Origin: a virus
Virus record (IMG/VR): IMGVR_UViG_3300009774_000187
Length of the DNA stretch: 21,657 bases
Reading direction: 5' to 3' (one strand)
Below the pieces are notes generated by a model. The model saw only the letters and a list, made by a program, of their open reading frames with translations, ran no database searches and was not told the DNA's origin. The position numbers and the translations under genes are program-made. Of the stretch, positions 1 to 7,866 are shown piece after piece (the first letter of the stretch is position 1; each line of letters starts with the position of its first letter).

Positions 1-618
1 AAAACTGTAACAACTCTTAATGCTACAGAAGGTATAAGCATAGAGGACAAAAACAGGAATATTAAAGTTTTTTATGTTGATGTTAATGGGAATATTGTTC
101 ACGATGGGAAACAGCAGGTTACGAGCAATGGAAAGATATTAATCGAAAATTTTAAAAATGCTAATGGTGGAACAAGCAAATTGTATGATAATAATGGTAA
201 TTTAAATGTGAAAATTGGAAGCGAAAATGGTGATGCAGATAATGTAGGGGGATCATTACTGCTATACAATGACAGTCCAAGCGAAGAAGCTGCTATTTTG
301 GCATTGTACCAAAGAGTTGCGTTAGGAATATCGAAAAATTCAGATTGTGGAATAATGCAACTTTTAGATCATACTGGATACTCAAATATAAGAATGTCAG
401 CTAGTAATGATATTCAAAATAAAGGTGCTGAGATTTATATAATTGATGATAATGGAATAACGTCAATTAAAAGTGATTCAATAATAGTAGGTAGCGAATC
501 GGTAGCAACTCAAACGTGGGTAAATAATCAATCATATGCGAGTGACTCAGATTTAAATACTTTATATGGGATTTTAGGAACTTTAGAAGGAAGAATAGCA
601 GCACTAGAAACACCATAA
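1..618 (+). CDS. Phage tail/fibre structural protein, 5'-truncated at window edge
   Basis: Frame is open from base 1 through the 181..618 ORF to TAA at 616-618. Hydrophilic, repeat-rich sequence with a coiled-coil C-terminus (SDLNTLYGILGTLEGRIAALE). Sits directly upstream of a tail spike gene. Confidence 0.6.
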   Translation, partial: KTVTTLNATEGISIEDKNRNIKVFYVDVNGNIVHDGKQQVTSNGKILIENFKNANGGTSKLYDNNGNLNVKIGSENGDADNVGGSLLLYNDSPSEEAAILALYQRVALGISKNSDCGIMQLLDHTGYSNIRMSASNDIQNKGAEIYIIDDNGITSIKSDSIIVGSESVATQTWVNNQSYASDSDLNTLYGILGTLEGRIAALETP

Positions 619-631
619 AGGAGGATTTTGA

Positions 632-2407
632 ATGGCAGATATAATAGCAAAAATAGCGGCTATAAGAGCGGCAATATTCGGAAAAGACGTAAGAGAAAAC
701 ATTGCAAGTGGTATCGAAAGTATTAATGCTGAAGTAATTAATACTACAACAAGGCAAGGAACAGTAGAAGGGAAACAAGCTACATTAGAAACAACTTTTA
801 ATGGACTGGTTATTAATGCTGGTAGTAGCAATGCGGAAATAGTTGCAGCAAGAAATGGTGAGGTAAGCTTACCAGTAAGATTAGCCAAGGTTGATACGCA
901 ATTGGCAGATATGGCGATAAATGTTAAAAATTTCGGTGCAAAAGGTGATGGAGTAACAGACGATACACAAGCATTTAAAAACTCTCTAATTTTTGCTAGT
1001 TGGAAATGTGGAAATGTATTTGTACCCCCAAGTGATAAAGGATATTTATTAAGTGGTGATAATATAAATATACCCGAAGGTGTTACTCTTTATGGAGTTA
1101 GTAATGGTCATAATGGTGTTTGGACAGGCAAAGTAGCGGGTTCAACTTTACTCATAACAGGCAATGCTACACTAGAAAACGGAAACCCAGTTTTTATTAT
1201 GAATATGGGTTCAGAATTTAAAGGGTTATCAATAGTTTATCCTAACCAAACAGAAACAAATCCACCAATTGCATATCCTTTTTTAATTCGTGGATTGACT
1301 TCAAATTGTAATGATATCTTAATAGAAAATATATTTTTATATAACTGCTTTCAGTTCGCAGATTTTTCAATGGCACATCAGAGAGTTGCAATTAAAAATA
1401 TTTATGGTGATGTTTTGAAGAAAGGCATAATAATTGATAATTGTTGGGATGTTGACAGAATACAAGATATTCATTTTTGGGGGTATTTCAGTGATGGGAA
1501 AACTACAGAACAACAAAATGCATTATCAATATATAGGGCAAACAATTCAGTTGGTATAACATTAGGTAAAGCTGATGGTATTCAAGGTGACAATATATTT
1601 ATGTATGGTCTTAATATAGGATTGTTATTAGGAATAGAAGGCCGAGGATGCTACGGACAAATAACAAATTTAAGTTTAGATATTTGTACAAGTGGCATAA
1701 GAGCATTAGCTATTGGCGGTCAAGGATTAACGATTAATGGCTATGAATATGCAATGAATCCAACACTCCAAATTGCAAACGGAACCGCGTACACTTATCC
1801 AATTGTTGCAGACTATCCAAGCGGATTATTACAAATAAACAATATAAATAGTTGGGGCGGTGGAAGCACTTTCTTGTATGTTACATCAACATTTGGAGTC
1901 AGCTCAGGCATAGTATTAAACGATATACAAATAAATGACTTAGCTGATGATCAACTTATCGTAAATAATGGACTAGGAAAAATAATAGTTGCAAATTTAA
2001 GGTGCATTTTAAATAAGAATTTAGTCAATAGTGCTAGCAATGCTTCACAAGTTATTTTTGAAAATCCCGATGTTTTCAAAGAAACATATTTAGGGTTAGT
2101 TTCTCCTATAATTAAAAAATATGCTGATACTAGGTTAGCAACAATACCATCATCATTCAGTATTAATATTGGCAAATCAAAAATAATAAAATTAACTGGT
2201 ACAGCTACAGTTGAAAACATAATCCATTCTGCTAGTATCGGTGATGAACTTACTATAATTGTAACAAACAGTATAATTTTTGCAAACTCATTGATTTATA
2301 ATTTAAGGTTATTTCAACAGTTCAATGCAACTGCAAATGACACTTTAACATTGATTTTTGATGGAACAAATTGGCTTGAAAAGTGTAGAAGTGTTAATAT
2401 TCAATAA
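632..2407 (+). CDS. Tail spike / fibre protein with pectate-lyase superfamily (right-handed beta-helix) domain
   Basis: 591 aa; motif VNVKNFGAKGDGVTDDTQAFKNSL is the classic pectate_lyase_3 / GH28-related start. N-terminus IRAAIFGKDVRENIASGIE is typical of Firmicute phage fibres. RBS AGGAGG upstream. Confidence 0.85.
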   Translation: MADIIAKIAAIRAAIFGKDVRENIASGIESINAEVINTTTRQGTVEGKQATLETTFNGLVINAGSSNAEIVAARNGEVSLPVRLAKVDTQLADMAINVKNFGAKGDGVTDDTQAFKNSLIFASWKCGNVFVPPSDKGYLLSGDNINIPEGVTLYGVSNGHNGVWTGKVAGSTLLITGNATLENGNPVFIMNMGSEFKGLSIVYPNQTETNPPIAYPFLIRGLTSNCNDILIENIFLYNCFQFADFSMAHQRVAIKNIYGDVLKKGIIIDNCWDVDRIQDIHFWGYFSDGKTTEQQNALSIYRANNSVGITLGKADGIQGDNIFMYGLNIGLLLGIEGRGCYGQITNLSLDICTSGIRALAIGGQGLTINGYEYAMNPTLQIANGTAYTYPIVADYPSGLLQINNINSWGGGSTFLYVTSTFGVSSGIVLNDIQINDLADDQLIVNNGLGKIIVANLRCILNKNLVNSASNASQVIFENPDVFKETYLGLVSPIIKKYADTRLATIPSSFSINIGKSKIIKLTGTATVENIIHSASIGDELTIIVTNSIIFANSLIYNLRLFQQFNATANDTLTLIFDGTNWLEKCRSVNIQ

Positions 2408-2435
2408 CATAATAGGAAAATAGTGCGACACAACT

Positions 2436-2461
2436 AGAGGACTTTAATAGTCCTCTTTTTA
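2436..2461 (+). terminator. Rho-independent terminator after tail spike
   Basis: AGAGGACT-TTAAT-AGTCCTCT followed by a T-run. Confidence 0.9.
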
Positions 2462-2480
2462 ATGCCAAAAAACAATAAAA

Positions 2481-2515
2481 TGCAGCGATTAAGATACGTT
2501 AATATCATCGCTGCA
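2481..2515. repeat. Intergenic inverted repeat (extended hairpin)
   Basis: TGCAGCGAT (2481-2489) / ATCGCTGCA (2507-2515), with inner GATA...TATC pairing; no T-run. Confidence 0.6.
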
Positions 2516-2596
2516 AATTACTTACCCGCTACAATGTAGAGGATGAATATATAATAACCTCTATTTAATTTAAAAACAATAGGAGGTAATTAACAA

Positions 2597-2959
2597 ATGG
2601 ATATAGCAACTTTAATCAATAGTTTTGGATTTCCAGTAGCAGCAGTGGTGGTTTTAGCTTATTGGACAAGTTTACAAAGCAAACAAGCTAGAGAGGATGG
2701 CAATAAAAGAGAGGTTTCTTTATTGGAATCCAATGAACTTATAAGAAAAGATAGTGCAGATAGAGAAAAAGTATTAATGGAAGCCAATAAAGAATTTGCT
2801 TATGCACTTAATAAAGCATCAGATGCAATATCGGAAAATGGTAAGTTATCTCTTGCACTTTATGAACGTATGCACACAGTAGAATGTAAAATAGATACTG
2901 TAAATGTCAAAATAGATGGTTTAAAAATAACTTTAGCTCAGGCGGTGGAAGAACAATGA
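2597..2959 (+). CDS. BhlA/UviB-type holin-like protein
   Basis: 120 aa; one N-terminal TM segment (FPVAAVVVLAYWTSLQSK) followed by a long charged helix. RBS GGAGG; directly upstream of an endolysin. Confidence 0.75.
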   Translation: MDIATLINSFGFPVAAVVVLAYWTSLQSKQAREDGNKREVSLLESNELIRKDSADREKVLMEANKEFAYALNKASDAISENGKLSLALYERMHTVECKIDTVNVKIDGLKITLAQAVEEQ

Positions 2960-3636
2960 AAATAGCTGATAGGGGCGGTCATAATCCACAAAGCCAGGGT
3001 GCTAATGGTATTGTAAATGAAATTATAGAAGATAGAAAAATCCTTGCTAGTACAAATAAATGGCTCAAAATAGATAATCAAGAAGTTACAGATGTTACAC
3101 CAGGTAATTGTGTCAGTGCCGAAGATTTAAAGTATGGAGTAGACCAAGCTAAACTACATAAAGCTGATATATTTGCTAGTATACATTTGAATGCAGGTGG
3201 TGGCAAAGGAACGGAAGTATTGTACTCGCTAGCAAGTACCCAAGGCAAAGAATTAGCAACAAGGGTAAGTAATTCTATAGCCAAACTAGGGTTTGTAAAC
3301 AGAGGTGCTAAAATTGACAGTAGAGGGCTATATGAATTAAGAAGAACTCCTATGCCTGCAATAATTATAGAATGTTTTTTCTGTGACAGTAAAATTGATG
3401 TAGAGTTATATAACAAAGTCGGTGCAGATAAATTAGGAAAGGCTATTGCAGAGGGAATTGTAGGTCATGAAATAAAAGAACCTGTAATTGAGCCTAAAAT
3501 AAATTATGTGCTTGAAACACAAAAATTCTTAAATAAACTAGGAATAACAGATTACGATAATAAAAAACTAATTGAAGATGGGTTTACTGGCACTAGAACA
3601 AGAACCGCATTAAACAAATTAGTACTAAAATTATAG
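2956..3636 (+). CDS. N-acetylmuramoyl-L-alanine amidase (endolysin) with C-terminal peptidoglycan-binding domain
   Basis: 226 aa; RGGHNPQSQGANG, E in VNEI, and HLNAGGGKG amidase_3-type motifs. C-terminal PG_binding_1-like VLETQKFLNKLGI...DGFTGTRTRTALNKL. ATGA overlap with the upstream gene. Confidence 0.85.
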   Translation: MKIADRGGHNPQSQGANGIVNEIIEDRKILASTNKWLKIDNQEVTDVTPGNCVSAEDLKYGVDQAKLHKADIFASIHLNAGGGKGTEVLYSLASTQGKELATRVSNSIAKLGFVNRGAKIDSRGLYELRRTPMPAIIIECFFCDSKIDVELYNKVGADKLGKAIAEGIVGHEIKEPVIEPKINYVLETQKFLNKLGITDYDNKKLIEDGFTGTRTRTALNKLVLKL

Positions 3637-3649
3637 GAGGTTTATTAAT

Positions 3650-3829
3650 ATGACAAATAAAAAATGGTATTTGAGCAAAATAATTTGGGTCAATGCAATA
3701 GCTTTAATTGGTGTAACAGCTCAAACAATAACAGGTAAAGAAATCCTTACACCTGAGTTTCAAGTTTTAGGATTAAGTTTAATTAACTTATTCTTAAGAA
3801 CCATAACAAAAGAGAATATAATTTGGTAA
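3650..3829 (+). CDS. Small membrane protein (59 aa), probable second holin/accessory lysis protein
   Basis: MTNKKWYLSKIIWVNAIALIGVTAQTITGKEILTPEFQVLGLSLINLFLRTITKENIIW. RBS AGGAGG; in the lysis cassette; not in the supplied ORF track. Confidence 0.65.
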   Translation: MTNKKWYLSKIIWVNAIALIGVTAQTITGKEILTPEFQVLGLSLINLFLRTITKENIIW

Positions 3830-3835
3830 TTTTTT

Positions 3836-3868
3836 AGAGCTTAACTTAATTGTTAGGCTCTTTTTTTA
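3836..3868 (+). terminator. Rho-independent terminator closing the lysis cassette
   Basis: AGAGCTTAAC-TTAATT-GTTAGGCTCT followed by TTTTTT. Confidence 0.9.
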
Positions 3869-3953
3869 TTTTTTTGTGTATTTTTATTTAAGTAGTAACA
3901 CTTTTACACAAGATTACATACTATAAATTATAAGCAACAAGGGAGGTAATGTA

Positions 3954-4109
3954 ATGGGTAATAACAATTTAAGGACTAACTTCAGCTACAGAAACGATGA
4001 TAGAGATTATAAAATATACGCTTACTTACAAACTAAAAGAGATAAATCTAGCTTTATAAAAGACTTGATTGAAAGAGAAATGTTAAAAGAACAGTCCAAA
4101 ACACAATAA
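3954..4109 (+). CDS. Small 51-aa ribbon-helix-helix / ParR-CopG-like protein
   Basis: MGNNNLRTNFSYRNDDRDYKIYAYLQTKRDKSSFIKDLIEREMLKEQSKTQ; RBS GGGAGG. Reminiscent of the C-terminal half of ParR/CopG proteins. Confidence 0.55.
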   Translation: MGNNNLRTNFSYRNDDRDYKIYAYLQTKRDKSSFIKDLIEREMLKEQSKTQ

Positions 4110-4140
4110 AATAAGCCTACCCAATAAGGATAGACTTTAA

Positions 4141-4216
4141 CTATGTCGCTTTAGTTACTACTTGCTACGCTTCATAGCACACTATAGCTTATGCATACCA
4201 CTATTAGAATGTGCTA
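4141..4216. repeat. Two adjacent imperfect inverted repeats downstream of the 24-aa minus-strand ORF
   Basis: TAGCACA (4175-4181)/TGTGCTA (4210-4216); CTATGtcGC (4141-4149)/GCttCATAG (4169-4177). Confidence 0.45.
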
Positions 4217-4258
4217 CTTTTAACTATATTTTAAAAGCTATTAACGCAATGTTAACAT

Positions 4259-4333
4259 TTATATTATTGTTGTAAGTCCAATTATAAAAGTAACTACGAT
4301 ATAACCTATTGTTATTGCAAATGGTATTGTCAT
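4259..4333 (-). CDS. 24-aa hydrophobic peptide (candidate small membrane toxin)
   Basis: MTIPFAITIGYIVVTFIIGLTTII; minus-strand RBS AGAGGTG 7-8 nt upstream of ATG; TATAAT hexamer upstream; flanked by hairpins. Confidence 0.45.
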   Translation of the reverse strand: MTIPFAITIGYIVVTFIIGLTTII

Positions 4334-4392
4334 ATTAATCACCTCTTAAATTATAGTATGTTCAACTCTTTAATAATTATACGGAGGTTTCT

Positions 4393-4806
4393 ATGGATAT
4401 ATTAATTATAAATAATAGAAAAACTATACTTGATTGGGATAGTAAATTATCAAAACAAAAATATATTAGCAACATGGAAGCAGTTGCTAAAAAGATAAAT
4501 TCAACTTCAAATTTTAAGAAAGTATTTATAATTGTGGCTGGTAGTTTTATGTTCTTTGAAACTGTTATGGCCGCTACTGGGAATCCTCTTAGTCAAGCAG
4601 AAGTGCTTGGTAAAACAATTTTTTCAATAGCTATGAAAATAGGTAAATATTTAGTATTAACGATGGCGGCAGTAGATATTACAAAGTCACTCATGCAATC
4701 AGATACAAAAAGTGTACCTAAAATCATGATACATTACGTTTTTGCCTATGCAGCTTTAAAATCTTTACCATGGTTCATAGATTTTATTGATACTATGTTT
4801 AAGTAA
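4393..4806 (+). CDS. Small membrane protein with VirB2/TrbC pilin-like topology
   Basis: 137 aa; hydrophobic signal-like segment ending MAATG (FIIVAGSFMFFETVMAATG), then two hydrophobic segments. RBS GGAGG; first gene of a 3-gene set. Confidence 0.5.
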   Translation: MDILIINNRKTILDWDSKLSKQKYISNMEAVAKKINSTSNFKKVFIIVAGSFMFFETVMAATGNPLSQAEVLGKTIFSIAMKIGKYLVLTMAAVDITKSLMQSDTKSVPKIMIHYVFAYAALKSLPWFIDFIDTMFK

Positions 4807-4819
4807 AGGGGGTATATAT

Positions 4820-5263
4820 ATGTTTTTTAGCAAACTGCTATTAGCAGCACCAACCGAAATAGAAAAAATGCTATTAGAGCAACAAGATACTTTAAGAAAA
4901 TTAGATATATTAAGCAGAGAAGTAAAAAAAATAAAAGATAATCCAACACCTGAAGTAATAAAAAATATGTATGATGCTCCAAATACTTTGCAAAATCCTA
5001 TATTTGATTTATCTAACAATACAATAGTAGAAAAAGCTGGAAGATTCTTTGATTATATGGATTCAACAATGAATTATTTAACACACCCAGTATTAATATT
5101 TAATGCAATTGCTGGAGCAAGTTATTGGATATGTGGGATAATTGCAATTGCTGGAGTACTATATTATATTATAGGGCATAAGAATGGCTTAAAATGGACA
5201 GGAGGAAGTCTACTAGGATATACACTTATTCAAGCAATTAATTATGGGTTGAATTTATTATGA
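4820..5263 (+). CDS. Membrane protein of unknown function, conjugation-module-like
   Basis: The ORF track starts at 4787, but ATG 4820 has RBS AAAGGGGG. N-terminal MFFSKLLLAAP, coiled-coil, then two C-terminal TM segments. Confidence 0.5.
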   Translation: MFFSKLLLAAPTEIEKMLLEQQDTLRKLDILSREVKKIKDNPTPEVIKNMYDAPNTLQNPIFDLSNNTIVEKAGRFFDYMDSTMNYLTHPVLIFNAIAGASYWICGIIAIAGVLYYIIGHKNGLKWTGGSLLGYTLIQAINYGLNLL

Positions 5264-7608
5264 AAATATTGCAGAAAATAAACCCAATTTATACTTATTT
5301 AAAGTTGACACCAGACACTTCAATTAGAAATTATGATAGCAGCAACATTGCTCGCACTATAGCAAAGATGTATAAAACCATTACCGAACAAATAAGGAGA
5401 GAGGAAAATAATAAACATTGGTATAATTTTAAATTTGTGATTGAAACTTCTGTTAAGTGTAGTTATTTAATAGATATAACTAAAGACAATGTATACTTTT
5501 ACTTCATAGTACCAAGCAAATATGTAAATAATATAAGAGAGAAGATCACCGCCACATGGAAAAAAGTATCTATAGAGGAAGTTACTGAAATTAAAGATTT
5601 TTCACAAGATGCTCTAAAATATCAATTGAATTATAAAAAAGAAGATGCTTTTAGTCTAGCAATTAATAAGACTAGCAATGAACCACTAAATTCAATATTC
5701 AGCGTAATTGATGTAATGCAAGATAGTGACCGCATAGGCATATTCTACAACTTTATACCATGTAGCCAATTACCCTTTAAAAAAGAATATGAGGATACTA
5801 TGAAAAAGGTTAAAGACAATAAGCCTATTGATAAAGAAAAGTTAAATAAAAAATATATATTTAAAATGTCGATACTTTATTTATTAGACTTTTTAGACAT
5901 AATTAAAGAGGTGCTAGTGGACTTTACTGGTGGATTAGTTAATGCACCTAACAAAGATTTAAGCTTATTAGAGGTAGCAGCAGAGTTATTAAGCAATAAC
6001 AAAAAACTATCTTTAGCAACTAAAAAGAAAAAGGAAACAATTATAATAAATACACAAATGCTAGTCCTGTCTGAAAGCATAGATACGTCTAGAAAGAGTA
6101 GTAATGCTATAAGTGTATGTCAATCTTATAAAGCCTTGGAAGAAGATAAGGATGAGGGAAATGAATTATTATATAAAAAAGTAAAAGCTAATAATGTTTT
6201 TTATATAAATGATTTAAAGGTGGCTGGAGTAGATATAAACAAAGTGAGCGTAGAGGAATGCCAAAACTTTATCCAACTCCCAGGTAGAGATTTACTAAAT
6301 CAATATAAAATTAAAAAAATTGATACGTTAGAATCATTGGTACCAACAGAACTACAAGCAGGAGTTATGTGTCTGGGAAATGTAACTTATAAAGGGATGG
6401 CGGCTAGAGCATTTCTAAGTAATGATAAAGAATTTAAAAATCTTACTTTATGCTTAATAGGTCCTACTAGGTCAGGGAAAACTACTTTAATATCTAATCT
6501 ATCAAGGGATAGTATAATGGCTGGAGAATGTACCATATTATTTGATTTTTGTGGCAACTGTGAATTAAGCAATGATGTAAGTAAGGTTTTTGAAAATGTA
6601 CTAGACATAGATTGTAGCAATGAATTGACCTTACAAGGGCTAGGATATAACGAAATAGTTCCTAGCACAAATACAGTCTTTGAAGTATATCGTTGTGCTA
6701 AAGCTAAAACAAGTCAGTTAATGACATTAGTGAATACATTAAGTGATGATGAAGAATTAAAAGCGAGAATGGAAAGATATTTAGAAGCTGCAGCTATAAT
6801 AACATTTATTGAAAATGGAGCTATTAAAGATGTATTCAAGTTATTACAAGATCACATGTTAAGAAAACAATTTATTGATAATGTACCTAAAAATCAATTT
6901 GAAAATTTAGAAGAATATATTTTAGCACTAGAAGAATTAGACGAGTGGAGCAAAGCAACCAAAGATAAACCAGCAGAACTAATAGGAACTAAACTAAGTT
7001 TTGTACAAGGAATATTAAATAGAGTTAATAGACTTAAAAGTAATACTTATATGGAACTAATGTTAAAAAAAGATTGCAGTAACAATATAAATTTAGTTGA
7101 TGAAATACAGAAAGCACAATTAATTTGTATAAGAATGCCTGAAATAATGTTTTCTACAGAACAGGAGAAAGACATATATTGCACATATTGGATTACTAAA
7201 ATTTGGGGAGCTTTGCAAGTAAGAAAGTGGAATATTCCAGATGCTAAAGATAGGATAAAACTTAATATAGTATTTGATGAATTATATCAGGTGCCATCAT
7301 GCCAAAGCTTTTTAAAATCTAAATTAAGCCAAATTGCTAAGTTTGGAGGTAAACCAATAATATCATGCCATTATTTGGGGCAGATATCGAATATAAGAAA
7401 TGAATTGAAAGCAGCTAATAGTAGTTATATGTTATTGCAAGGATGCGACAAGGATAATTTCAAGGAGTTAAAAGAGGAACTAAGTCCATACGAATTAGAG
7501 GACCTATTAAATCTTAAAAGATATGAAAGTCTTAATTTGATAAAATATGAAAATGGATGGAGTAAATTTATAAGCAAGTTGCCACCACCAATTAAAACAA
7601 GCAAATAA
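5260..7608 (+). CDS. P-loop ATPase of the HerA/FtsK/VirB4-VirD4 (T4SS/DNA translocase) superfamily
   Basis: 782 aa; Walker A LIGPTRSGKTT, Walker B KLNIVFDELYQV followed by IAKFGGKPIISCHYLGQ (TraG/VirD4-like C-terminal pattern). ATGA overlap with the upstream gene. Confidence 0.75.
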   Translation: MKILQKINPIYTYLKLTPDTSIRNYDSSNIARTIAKMYKTITEQIRREENNKHWYNFKFVIETSVKCSYLIDITKDNVYFYFIVPSKYVNNIREKITATWKKVSIEEVTEIKDFSQDALKYQLNYKKEDAFSLAINKTSNEPLNSIFSVIDVMQDSDRIGIFYNFIPCSQLPFKKEYEDTMKKVKDNKPIDKEKLNKKYIFKMSILYLLDFLDIIKEVLVDFTGGLVNAPNKDLSLLEVAAELLSNNKKLSLATKKKKETIIINTQMLVLSESIDTSRKSSNAISVCQSYKALEEDKDEGNELLYKKVKANNVFYINDLKVAGVDINKVSVEECQNFIQLPGRDLLNQYKIKKIDTLESLVPTELQAGVMCLGNVTYKGMAARAFLSNDKEFKNLTLCLIGPTRSGKTTLISNLSRDSIMAGECTILFDFCGNCELSNDVSKVFENVLDIDCSNELTLQGLGYNEIVPSTNTVFEVYRCAKAKTSQLMTLVNTLSDDEELKARMERYLEAAAIITFIENGAIKDVFKLLQDHMLRKQFIDNVPKNQFENLEEYILALEELDEWSKATKDKPAELIGTKLSFVQGILNRVNRLKSNTYMELMLKKDCSNNINLVDEIQKAQLICIRMPEIMFSTEQEKDIYCTYWITKIWGALQVRKWNIPDAKDRIKLNIVFDELYQVPSCQSFLKSKLSQIAKFGGKPIISCHYLGQISNIRNELKAANSSYMLLQGCDKDNFKELKEELSPYELEDLLNLKRYESLNLIKYENGWSKFISKLPPPIKTSK

Positions 7609-7620
7609 ATATCAATTTAA

Positions 7621-7654
7621 AAGGCACTTAGAGTAAATTCTAGGCGCCTTATTT
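7621..7654 (+). terminator. Probable terminator after the ATPase gene
   Basis: AAGGC-A-CTTAGA-GTAAAT-TCTAGG-C-GCCTT followed by ATTTC; imperfect stem. Confidence 0.55.
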
Positions 7655-7687
7655 CATTCGATATAATAAGTGTTATATTGAATGAAA
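7652..7687. repeat. 36-bp near-perfect inverted repeat with 6-bp centre
   Basis: TTTCATTCGATATAA (7652-7666) / TTATATTGAATGAAA (7673-7687), 14 of 15 Watson-Crick, centre TAAGTG. Confidence 0.85.
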
Positions 7688-7800
7688 GTGTTAAAAGGTA
7701 CAATCACAAGGGGGATATATAAAGACAAGCCTTATAGGTCAAATTTGAGCGTTGAGTGTTTATAATTAGAAAAAATTTTAGTTTTACATTGAAAATACAT

Positions 7801-7854
7801 ACATATTACAAATATATTAATGTTATACTATTATAAACATATTACAAATATATT
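7801..7854. repeat. Two 18-bp direct repeats upstream of regulator gene
   Basis: ACATATTACAAATATATT at 7801-7818 and 7837-7854, identical. Confidence 0.9.
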
Positions 7855-7866
7855 CGTGAGGTGTAA

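Noticed and set aside
467-778. Minus-strand ORF of 103 aa
   Set aside because: Hydrophobic low-complexity translation antisense to two well-supported plus-strand genes, with no RBS; typical shadow ORF of AT-rich DNA.
1951-2220. Minus-strand ORF antisense to the tail spike
   Set aside because: No RBS, and opposite a confident coding region.
6387-6668. Minus-strand ORF antisense to the ATPase P-loop region
   Set aside because: The plus-strand frame carries conserved Walker motifs; the opposite frame is a shadow.
4393-7608. Calling the module a complete conjugation system
   Set aside because: No relaxase, coupling-protein pair, VirB6/VirB8 or lytic transglycosylase is visible in the window; only isolated T4SS-like components are supported.
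7682-7765. Possible 27-aa plus-strand ORF (MKVLKGTITRGIYKDKPYRSNLSVECL)
   Set aside because: No recognisable RBS, and its start lies inside the 36-bp palindrome.
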